Positions 54,351 to 64,000 of a DNA stretch of 64,000 bases are shown here, one piece after another (position 1 is the first letter of the stretch; the number at the start of each line of letters is the position of its first letter). The notes under the pieces are model-generated. The model worked only from the letters and a program-made list of their open reading frames with translations, made no database searches and was not told the origin of the DNA. The position numbers and the translations under genes were made by a program. This stretch comes from Lama guanicoe (lineage: Eukaryota). The stretch covers positions 22,664,043-22,728,042 of the forward strand of contig MU057356.1 in the NCBI GenBank assembly GCA_013239625.1, in the 5' to 3' direction.

Positions 54351-55760
54351 CTCTCAGCAGCTGCAAACGTAGAGGAATCAGCTGCTGGTCGGCAGTGGAA
54401 GTCTGCTCTCAAGGGCCTGTTCTCGCGATGCAGGGAAGACTCCCGCAGGTTCATTACAATGAGCGTAGTTCCTTAGGGGCCAGTGGCTTAGTAGTCGCAC
54501 CTGGAAAGGGCAACGCTGCTTCACTCTGTATGTATTCTCGGAGAACTAGTGAGCTCTCCGTGCCAATAGCTACTACATATATCCCCACATCTTCAGGCCG
54601 CTTCCTGATGCTGAGAACAGATTTGTGTGAAGTCCTAGTTGTACGGAACCCAAAGAACAGTGCTGAGGCCCTGAGGCATCAGCTGAGTTAGGAGAGAAGT
54701 TAGCTGCTCATATCAAAAAACCCAAATCCCCATTAGCTTCAACAAGTAGGGTTTATCTTTTCTCCTCCCTCATCTAACAAGACTTTTGGCTAATGCTGCA
54801 ACTGAAAATACCATTCAGAGGCAAGGTTCCTTCTATTTTCTGCTCCACTGTCCTCAGTAGGAAGACAGTACCACCTCACGGTTACAAGACGGCTGCTGTG
54901 TTGATGAGTTTCCTGTCCTTAATTCCAGGTGGAAAGAAAAAGGAAGAAGGAAGCATCACCCCTTCCAGAATTTCCAAGAGACCCTGAGCTGATATCACAA
55001 GGCTGCCCTTGGCTGCAGGAGAGTCTGGTAAAGAGGATTTTCAGATGGGCACTGGGCCCACTTCTCCTAGAGCCCACTGTGCTTTTAGGAGCCTACAAAA
55101 ACATTTTCACTTTACTCCCTTTTGGGATCAGAACGAAAAAGGACTTTACTAAATATGAGTATATATCCATGAATCCAACCTGGAGTTGTATTTGTCTTTA
55201 TACCAAGGCAGTTGTAAAATTTAATTTTAACTTTTAAATGGAGAAGGGGCTCACAAAGACGAAACCATCTAAGGACTATGAGTTAGGCCACAGCCACGTT
55301 CACTGACTGGGATGATCCCACTGGATTCTGAGCTAAAATGATGCCACCCGAGCGCAGTGTCTGTGTTCCTCAACGGAAAGCAGATCTCATAACAATATGA
55401 GCATTAAAAAACGAATCCACGTAAATAATAGCATTGTTTCCATCAGACAGATATTGCTCACTAGAACTATCCACTAGTGATCATTAGTTTTTCTGAATGG
55501 TAGACGAGTATTCTTTTTCTCTTTTGAAATAAGATGCTGTTGTGCAATGTGAAATTTCTTGACATCACTTTCCAACCCAAGAAATCTTAGTAGCTCCAAC
55601 CTCTGGCTGCCCATGGTTTGTCATTGCCCAATCTGCTCATTCCTTTTCTCAATGTTTTGCTGGTAAGTCGGGGATTACTTAGACCAGTGACTGTCACAGG
55701 GTGTGTGCTTCCTAGTTACCTGACAGCCTGTCCCCTTGGCCCCTCCCAAAAGACCATTTA
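54351..55760 (-). pseudogene. Ig-like remnant 5 (exons ~55760-55600 and 54500-54351)
   Basis: FWEGPRGQAVR*LGSTHPVTVTGLSNPRL...RKG; GTTLIV / EPAGVF / CIA. Confidence 0.6.
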
Positions 55761-55849
55761 AAGAAGAATCAAGCTTTAACAATCAATATATTTTCATTTG
55801 CGGCTAGAAAAGAGTGAGCTTTCTCTTCTCCGCAAATATTTGGCCACCA

Positions 55850-56704
55850 ACTGCCGAGAGGATCACTTGTGAGCCATTTGGAAGGGCTGCTGGTCCTTAA
55901 TTGTTTCCAGATGATATTTCAAATGGATCATGTGGTTGAATTTGATTCCTATTCTCAGAGTATCAGGGATGAGCTTAAAATCATCCTACCTGAAACATTC
56001 TACAGACAGCATGTACCAAGTCCAGAGCATGTACAGAGAGCTTGCCCTTAAAGAGGAGGCTTTAGTTTATAACACTCATGCAAAATCCTTGAAGTGGGAA
56101 TGGTCTCTTGTTCAACTTGGTATCCGCATGCACAGTGTACATGGTGGCCTTTCTAGTAGCCCCTCATTGAATCTTGGTCAACATGAATTTAATTACCAAC
56201 CTAAAAGAAGCTTATCTTAAAATCATTTTAGTTTTCCAAAATCAACTCAGGATATTAGGCTTTCCTGGGAAGAACAAACTATCATTATGAATGACCCTGA
56301 TCAAGAGGAATGCCAGTATCCAAGTAAGTGAAATACTGTCAATGTCACGTTCTCTTGGATAAAATATCCCTGAAATCAGCTTAGAAAGAAAAAAGTAAAG
56401 AGTAAAGGTTAAGAAAAAAAAAAGAATGCTTTCTGAGAGGTGAGATTAATGGGTAAATTGCTTCACTTTCTAAATCCAGTTTCATCTAGAAAATGGAGGT
56501 TAATACTGCCTACTTCAGAATAGGTTGAGATGAAGACTAATCAAGATAATGTTTGAAAAGCAATAAGGCCATGCCTCTCACATAAGACCCAAACAGATGG
56601 TGCCTATATTATTATTACTATTATGGTTGCTGCTGTTGTTATTTTTACAGTGCGGTGCAGTTTCCAGTCTGCATCGGGACGTCTCTTTGATGGTTGCCAT
56701 CTTT
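55850..56704 (-). pseudogene. Ig-like remnant 4 (exons ~56704-56649 and ~55985-55850)
   Basis: RDVPMQTG..L; FKLIPDTLRI / QIQPHD / GNN*G. Confidence 0.5.
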
Positions 56705-57438
56705 CTAGAAGGTGTGTTAGAAAATTACAGTTGGGAAAGAAGAGTATGGGAAAAGCATACACTTTTGAGCCATGTCCCTCCTTATCCCTAAACTTTCTTC
56801 TTTCACGGGGAAAGATTTCTTTTTTATTTGTTTACAACTTTCAGCCACCATGAAGAAACCCTTTGGAAAAGCAGTAACCTGAGGCTGGATTCTTTTGCTC
56901 TTTACTAAATCCAAGAATGGAGTCTCTCACACACCACAGTCATTTTGTGATTGTTTTAAAATTAATTTTTAATTAACGATCAAATGAGCCGTCTCCTGCA
57001 TACTACTCCCTTTAGTTCTACAACCGTGTGCCAGGCTTGGAGGAATGAGGCACAGAATCACGGAATTGCCTTGCTAGGGGTGAGTCAGACCCTATGAATG
57101 GGTGTGGGATGTTCTCAGAGGGTGTGGTTTTCCTGGGTCACCCAAACACCCAGGGCAGAAAATAAGCCCCACCTTGATCCCGCCTCCATTAGTAGTACTC
57201 TTCCCTTTTCTTGGGACTGAGACAAGGATGCAGGCCTCGATTCTGGCTAAAGGAAAACAAGCTCAGTCCTGTGAACAGAGGTGAGGTGGTCCCTTCAGGA
57301 CAGGGTATAGGGAGCTCAGGACCGAGGCAGCCTGTGGAAGCTTCTAGAAGGAGATGCTAGGACAGACACACCCTATCCAGAAGCCAGCTTTTAATTTTCT
57401 CTTTTTGCATTATTATTGCCTCCTCTTCCACCTAATAC

Positions 57439-58453
57439 TTCAATAAGCCTTTGTTAAACACTGCTGCAGAGTCTCTGCAACTTGGAGGAATTACCCACGT
57501 CCATACGGGAGGGTTCGCTGTTAGCACTTAAGGAGGAAGCAAGTTACAAGATGGCAAAAGATGAATGACAAGTAAGCAAGGACTATCAGAGCAAGAAAGC
57601 TGGCTGAGGGGTGCAGGGGGGACCAAGTCACTGAATGGAACATGACAACATTCCTAAGCAAACTCTCAAAAGCTCACTAGGGGTGGTAGGAAGATAAGAG
57701 AGGAATGTGAGACCAGATCCCCACGTGGCAAAGGACAGGATTCCAGACAACTGACTGTGTTTTTTGTTTATGGTCATTATTGTTTGAATTAAAAGGAAAA
57801 ATTACCCCCAAAGCTGTTTGCCAATGTTGCCAATACTGGGATTGTCTTCCTTTGCTAGGGCCACCAGAACAAAATACTGCAGACTGCATGACAGTCTCAT
57901 GGTCTGGAGGCTGGAAGCCTGAAATCAAGGTGTCAGCAGGACTAGTTTCTCCCAAGGCCTCCCTCCTTGGCTTGTGGCTGGCCGCCTTCTCGCTGTGTCC
58001 TCACCTGGCCCCTCCTCTGTGCACACACACCCCTGGTGTCTCTCACTCCTCTTATAAGGACACCAGTCCTATTAGGACTCACTTACAAATTCATCATCAC
58101 CTCTTTAAAGGCCTTATCTCCAAATACCACATTCTGAGATTCTAGAGGCTAGGGCTACAACACGTGAATTTAGAAGGGACACAATTCAGGGGTTAATACA
58201 GATGTCAGAAAGCATTAACATCAAGGCCCTGAAGTCTAGAAAAGGAAAAGAAGGAGATGCAGGTGACATGAATGTCAGGGTAACAGCCTTTCTCCTCTTT
58301 ATTCTGAACCTCTCTCTTGTCTGCAAAGCGTGGCATCATTTTTAACTGCCTGTCTTTCTGAAAATCCTAGGCTGTCTCCTCGATGCTAACTTCCTCGAAG
58401 ATTTTAACAGAGAGATCTCGATTAGGGGTCAGGGAACGGAGTGGTGGGAAGGC
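57439..58453 (-). pseudogene. Ig-like remnant 3 (exons 58453-58310 and 57526-57439)
   Basis: PPLRSLTPNRDLSVKIFEEVSIEETA*DFQKDRQLKMMPRF, then SRMDVGNSS / VAE (DxGxYxC decayed). Confidence 0.65.
57840..58200 (-). mobile_element. MaLR LTR (MLT1A/B-like)
   Basis: tctggaggctggaagcctgaaatcaaggtgtcagcagg, cttataaggacaccagtc, gggacacaattca. Confidence 0.85.
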
Positions 58454-58689
58454 CTGCAGGGTTGAAATCAGGACATGAAGGAAGCCTCGGGTCTCTCAGC
58501 CCAGCAGGAAGAGTGCAGCTGAGAGATGACCAGTTGTGCTGCACACAAATCTGCTTTCTGCACTCAACTTCCCAACCCCCCCCCCCGGGGCATCCATCAC
58601 TTCATTCAAACACACTCAAAGCAAAGCACTCCAACCTCGCTGAACATTTATTTGTCTGGCAGGTTTCCAGGGCTTGATTCTTCTCCTTA

Positions 58690-59180
58690 ATGGTGACCGA
58701 ACACAAAATATCCAGGATGTTGACATGCTACTCGCTTCACCAGCTACTTCAAAGTCCCGCGAGAGTTCTCTGAATTCTACTTTCTAGAACAAGTTTCTTG
58801 GCATAAGCATCAGGTATGCCCCTGCAGTTATTCTTAATGGCAGTGGAAAGCAAGTTCTGGATTTTCATGTCAAAGGCAATCTGTCTTTTAGCAATTAACA
58901 AAATGGCCACGAGGAAATAAGTTTAGCTTATTTCCACAGGCTTCTTTCTTCAATTCACAGATATAACAACTATGTATTAAAAAAAAACTTATTTCTATGA
59001 AATATGAAGCCACCTCCCTTCGCTCTGGTTCTTCTTCTTGCGCTGTAACTTACCTGGCATGGCCCCAAGTTCTCCTTTAGTTTCCTTGATTGATGACATC
59101 GAAGGAGACCTACATGATTCACCAAATCATCAAATTAGACAGGACAGTAAGAAATTATTCAATTAAATCTGCCAGTACAA
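58690..59180 (-). pseudogene. Ig-like remnant 2 (exons ~59180-59054 and ~58821-58690)
   Basis: LADLIE*FLTVLSNLMI / VNHVGLLRCH / TW, resembling the ROBO/DSCAM Ig2 start; consensus donor CAG|gtaagt after 59054. Confidence 0.55.
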
Positions 59181-59688
59181 CTTCAATGCAACAAAACCAT
59201 CAACTTTTCCAGGGCAGAAAGGCAGTGTTTTCTGTACATTTTGCTGCCAGGAAGGTGTTCCTGTGTCAAGTAGCCCCCCTGCCAGTGTCTGAACTTGAAT
59301 TAACTTTAAGTCTTACTGAATCACCTGCCCCATATCCAGTCTCAGGAAGAGGCCTGGTAGTCCAACATTTTCCAAGAAAATACACAGACTGAACTCTGAG
59401 TGGTGACCCTAGGTTACCCTTGAAATCTTGATTTCCAGCATTAGTCCTGCCTACAGCTGGAACACTTAGCCTATGGCTGATTCAAAAATTCTTTCTCAAT
59501 GTATGACTCATATGGTCAATCCCTTGAAATCTGGAGATGAATGGCGGTCCTCAATGCAAATTTCCAGGGGAATTTTTTTTGAAGCCCAATTATTTTTCTT
59601 ATGATACATTAGAAATTTTGCTGCCTGCTTATTTTAGAATATTTGCTTATTACTTTGTTGCACTTTTACATGGATGATCAAAGCATAC

Positions 59689-60019
59689 TTTGCTGTGTTC
59701 CCCACTTTCTGTGGCTTCCATTCTGCTGTCTTCCTCTCTGTCTTCGGGAAGGATCCATGCCTTTAAGAACACCATCCACCCAACAGTATCCTCTGCCTCC
59801 CATCTGGCAATTTAGCAGTGAGATCAGTCAGTGCTGGCTGGCCCTGGACTCCCAGCTTGTGCTACTGGCCAAATAGGAGGAGAGATCTGCTTAGTGACCT
59901 GCTGCTTGCAACCAAAGAACACAAGGCGTGGTCAATGGGTGACAAGTGGCTGAGGATGGGCTTGGGCTATACATGTTGCATGTTGGAAGCATCTTCATCA
60001 ACCCGGAAACCCAGGGCTT
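59689..60019 (-). pseudogene. Ig-like domain remnant 1
   Basis: GVQGQP...LPDGRQRIL / DGVL / EEDS...EAT.SG across frames; donor gtatgc after 59689. Confidence 0.5.
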
Positions 60020-60589
60020 CTGGACATAGAGTCAAAGTGTAAATGCTTCAGGAGTCATCCCCATAGCCGCTCTGCAGTCCCCACAACAGCCAAGCATAGC
60101 CCAGCTTAGATCCTATTTCGTACGTGAGGAAACTTAGTACAAGGGACATAAGGTCGTTTGCCCGAGTTCGCGTAGCTCATTTCTAGAAAGCTGAGTCAAT
60201 AACTCAAGCCCCCTGATTTCCAGTTCCGGGGTTCATGCTACGATATCACGTGGCTTGCCAGGGCTTCTCCGCTGTCCCGCCCATCCTACAATGCCGCCCA
60301 GCTTCCAAACCACACAAGTCAGCTCTCTGCCTGTCAAACAAAATAACAGGTCTGAGGACATGAGCTGCCAAAAGGCCTGAGGCTACTTTTCTCTCCCTCA
60401 AGAACTGTCCATTTCCCTCACTGGCCAGCCCCTGGGGCAGCTAAAAAGGCTTTGCCCTCTCATTCAACAGAGAACAAAGGAATACAAAATAACAAACGTA
60501 TTACTGGTGTCAAGTTCCTTCAGAATTTGTTTCCCTGAAGAAGCTCACAAGCCTTGCCTCCATGTTAGGGGTGCTGCCTCACAACTTCC

Positions 60590-60870
60590 TGTGGCGCCTC
60601 TGGAGGCATCCTTAGCCGCGGTACCCGGCTTCCTTTCCCCTCAGCGGCTCCTTACCTGGCCAGTTCTTGTCAGCGCTGGATTCTTGCTGCTGGCTATCCC
60701 CTTCCTCTGGGCCAAAGTTCCCCTCCCACGCCCTTCTTCACCTAATGCAAGCCGAGCCGAACAAGACCCCGCATTCTTTTTCCTCAGCCTGGTTCGAGAA
60801 GGCTCGCCTCCGCCGCCTCTCCGAGGTCCTCGGAGCACTTCCCGCGCATGCGCACGCGCACGGAGGATGT
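60590..60870 (-). promoter_or_regulatory. CpG-rich promoter/first exon with tandem NRF1 motifs
   Basis: Clearest CpG cluster in the window; overlapping YGCGCAYGCGCR matches at 60843-60854 and 60849-60860; TTCCCGCG (E2F-like) at 60839-60846; minus-strand donor CAG|gtaagg after 60656. Confidence 0.7.
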
Positions 60871-61079
60871 AAGGTCAGGTGGTGTCTCCTATGTATGTGT
60901 CTCCCCGGCTATCCTTCCCTAGTGGCTCCCGTGCTTTTAAGTAACTATTAGACATACCTCGTACATCCTCACCTCTGTGCCTTTGCCCACACTGTTCTGC
61001 TCGGAATCCCATTCCTCATTTCTGCCCATTAGAAACCTCTCTACAGATCGAAGTTGAGCAGAAATACTAGATCCCATTA

Positions 61080-61605
61080 AAGTGTCTCTAATCCTCGGTA
61101 TTCCAATGCCATTGTAAGAAATTACCACACACTTAACAGCTTGAAACAACACAAAATTAAAATTTTATAATTCTGGAAGTCAGAAGTGGCTTTCACTGAG
61201 CTACCATCAGACTATTGGCAGGTCTACGTGCCTTTTGTAGGTTCTAGAGGAGAATTTATTTCCTTGGCTTTTCCAGCTTCTAGAGGACACCCACACTCCT
61301 TGGCTTGTGGCCCCTTCTTTATCTTCAAAGACAGCAGGGTAACATCTTTAAATCTCTCCCCATTTCTGCCATCACTGCCTCCTCTCTGTCCCTCCTGGCC
61401 CCCTCTTATAAGAATCCTGTAACTACATCAGGTCCACTCAAATACCCCAAGAAACCTCCTCCTCTCAAGATCATTAACTGGAAGGCAGCTATGCTCATCA
61501 CTATACCACCAACGCACACTCAAGATCCTTAACTGAATCACATTGGCAAATTCCCTTTTACCATGTAAAGTAATATATTTGCAGGTTCTACAGATGCCCC
61601 TAACA
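61080..61605 (-). mobile_element. MaLR LTR (MLT1C/D-like)
   Basis: ttaccacacacttaacagcttgaaacaacaca, ccagcttctagagg motifs; older MLT1-like pieces at ~20095-20560, 24225-24530, 40620-41095, 54690-55040. Confidence 0.75.
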
Positions 61606-61789
61606 GAGAATCCATCTTTTTCATTTCTGTAACCTTGTAACATTGTGTTTGAGTATCGGGAATTCAGGGTTCATCAGAGACCATCTGTATCCTCATAGCA
61701 GGATAAATGCCTTTAAAAAAATTCCAATAAAACTTTATTTTTGGACACTGGTATTTGAATTTCATGTTACTTTCATGTTTCAAAATATA

Positions 61790-62300
61790 TTTTTTTCCTC
61801 TTTATTTTTGCATTGAACTATGGCTGATATATAATACTACATTAGTTTCAGGTGTACAACATAGTGATTCAACATTTATGTACATTATGAGTTGATCAGC
61901 ACAATAAGCCTAGTAACCAAAGTTGGTTGTAATAACCAACCAAAGTTATTACATTATTGACTATATTCCCCATGCTATCATTACACCCCCGTGACTTATA
62001 CATTTTATAACTGGAAGTTTGTATCTCTTAATCCCCTTCACCTGTTATACTCAATCCCCTCCCCTCCTCCCCTCTGTTAATCACTAGTTTGTTCTCTGTA
62101 CTATGAGTCTGTTTCTATTTTGTTATGTTTGTTGGTTTGTTATAATTTTTAGATTCTACATATAAGTGAGATCCTACAACATTTTTTTCTTAGTGTAATT
62201 ATTGTTTCACTTAGTGTAATTCCCTCTAGATCCATCCATGTTGTCACAAATGGCAAGATTTATTCTTTTTCTGGCTGAGTAGTATTCCATTATATATATT
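61790..62300 (-). mobile_element. L1MA-like 3' end
   Basis: Antisense 3'UTR (ttagtttcaggtgtacaacatagtgattc); older sense L1 fragment follows at ~62310-62680. Confidence 0.85.
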
Positions 62301-63705
62301 TCTCCTGACAATTCCATTTCTAGGAACAGTCTGACCTCCCTTCCCCACTGTAATGCCCACATATGGGCACAAAGATAATTTATACAAGTATGATCATTGT
62401 AGAAATATCTATAGTAATGAATCATTGGAAACAACTTAACAGTCTATCAATATGGTACTAGTTGATTAAATTATGATATAGTTAAAAACCCAGAATACTA
62501 AGAAGAGATTCAAAACAACAGGGAGATTCATAAACTGGCATAGAAAACATTCACAATATGTTGTTAAGTGAGGAAAAAAAAGCAAGTTCCATGCAGTGCA
62601 TCTGAAACAATTTGGCTTTTGAAAATAAATCATGATGTATGTGTAATAGGTTATATACACAAATGGAAAGATCTGGAAGATGAAGTTATCACTTGCCCAC
62701 AGAATTCTGGAACATTTTCACCTTCTTTAAACATTTGAACTTGATTTTACAGTTATATTTTGCTTGTATAATTGGAAGAAGGGAAGGAAACCTATTTTGA
62801 AAAATACAGCAACAGATGTTATGTGAATTCTGGAAATGAGGGAGGTCAATACTAGGAATTTGGTAAGAGACCAAAACACAAGACATTCTTCTTTCAGAGG
62901 AAACTGAAAGCCAAGAAAGAGATCCTACCCACTCGTTAACCTCCTTGAAATCAACTGCTTTATATTTACTTCCTTTTCCACAAAGTGACAGCAATTACAT
63001 AAAAATGTTTCTCAGTGATATTAGGATGTCAAGATTCCACAGCTCTCTACTCTTGTCAGGTGTTTCTGCAGCTTGACAATAAGCTTAAGGAAATCTCCCA
63101 GAATTCCCAGGGTGCAGAGTGAGAAAAAACCACTCTTTTATTATTGAATTGGACACAGAATTACAGGTAATATTTTTAAAGGAATATTTTTAAAATGGAT
63201 TTAATTAGACTGTTTATGGTGTAAATTTCTTTTTAAATGGCTCCATTTGTGAATTTAGGAAGGCTTTTAAGTATCTTTTCTTCTTTTCTTCAGTCCCAGT
63301 ATAACTGTATGTGTTTTTTTTTTCTCCTATACTCCAGAATCTAATCAATTTAGAATTCTTTACACATGACAATTCTTTGAATTGCATTTGGCCTCCAAAA
63401 CAGCAGGATGCTACCAAACTTATTTTTGTATGTATGATTCCATATGTTTAAAAGTCAACATGCAAATATATGCAAAAATTCTAGACTTAAAAAAAATCTC
63501 CCTGAACTTAAAACCAGGACTTACGGGTGGTTCCAGGTGTTCCAAAGTTGTGTGGCTCACGTGTGTGGGTAGGCAGTGGATGTTAAGCACCAACCTCCCT
63601 TTCTTCCTTAAAGTTGCTAAAAATCAAATCCTGCAGGAGACCAAGGAGATGCATTCAGTGAGTGCTAAATAGTGATGTTCTAATTGACAGTTTTTTGTAG
63701 ATACC

Positions 63706-64000
63706 TTTTTTTTTTTTTGAGGATGTGAACTCTTTATTGGGAAGGGGGCCCTGAATGGTTCAGAGCAGGGGCAGGATCTGGGGAAGGGTATCTAGAGACG
63801 GGCATGGACCGTCCTCCCTAGCCACAGAGGCCGTGGGGCACACAGGGTCCCAGGGCCCAGCATGAGGGTCCCCAATGCACCCCTAGAGCACATACACAAG
63901 CAGCCCACTTCATGTATTTTCAAAAGACCAGGCCTCACCCGGAGAGAGGGCATCGGCCGGGTGGGCGGTCCAGGGAGAATTCAGCTTCATCTCTTCACCC
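63706..64000 (-). pseudogene. 3' end of a processed pseudogene (retrocopy), parent unidentified, runs off window
   Basis: T13 at 63706-63718 (poly-A), TTTATT at 63733-63738 (AATAAA 14 nt before the tail), abrupt switch to GC-rich UTR-like sequence. Confidence 0.8.

Larger units (their letters stand above)
18639..60860 (-). pseudogene. Decayed, unprocessed multi-exon gene for a large Ig-superfamily type I membrane protein (Ig x ~15-18, FN3 x 3-4, Ig, FN3 x 2, TM, tail); DSCAM-like architecture
   Basis: More than 30 short minus-strand segments, many bounded by AG/GT, translate (with stops and frameshifts) into Ig I-set motifs (SGSYIC, HGAYSW/C, DVGN, EVTLPCE, FTLYCH, GFLRCQ) and then FN3 motifs (WDSPP, SFTITG..N.HG, ITIVGISNCGES..PSEP, LTWDSLT..CPI), in the order expected of one protein. 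Confidence 0.8.

Noticed and set aside
54242-54691. 149-aa plus-strand ORF
   Set aside because: No recognisable protein features; antisense to two Ig-like remnants
59054-59109. Start exon MSSIKETKGELGAMP of an intact gene
   Set aside because: No in-phase continuation found; another frame gives an Ig-like LLRCH motif that fits the decayed gene
18639-60860. Calling the locus DSCAM or DSCAML1
   Set aside because: Those genes are intact, highly conserved and have 9 N-terminal Ig domains; the peptides here share only general motifs
1-64000. CRISPR arrays, rRNA or prokaryotic systems
   Set aside because: Mammalian repeat landscape; no regularly spaced repeats or operon-like ORFs

Overview
Mammalian genomic DNA, AT-rich and repeat-dense, with five N-gaps that all sit inside repeats. 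The tRNA-derived SINE and L1 3'UTR style suggest a cetartiodactyl, probably a camelid (inference). I can support no intact protein-coding gene. The main signal is a ~42-kb, minus-strand, intron-containing, heavily decayed gene (about 60.85 kb down to 18.6 kb) that the ORF track misses because nearly every exon carries stops or frameshifts. Manual three-frame reading between GT-AG boundaries gives, in co-linear order: a CpG/NRF1 promoter, roughly 15-18 Ig-like domain remnants, 3 (possibly 4) FN3 remnants, one further Ig-like exon, 2 FN3 remnants, a TM-like exon and a cytoplasmic-tail exon. This is a DSCAM-type C-terminal architecture with about twice DSCAM's N-terminal Ig count, matching no intact mammalian gene I recognise, so it is a candidate unitary pseudogene of a lost IgSF receptor. 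Other features: many L1/MIR/CR1/MaLR/ERV/hAT/mariner copies, a 5'-inverted L1, a 123-bp near-perfect local duplication, the 3' end of a processed pseudogene at the right edge, and a weaker plus-strand exon chain at 5.7-10.6 kb. All domain and repeat-family calls are by eye and need HMM/RepeatMasker confirmation.
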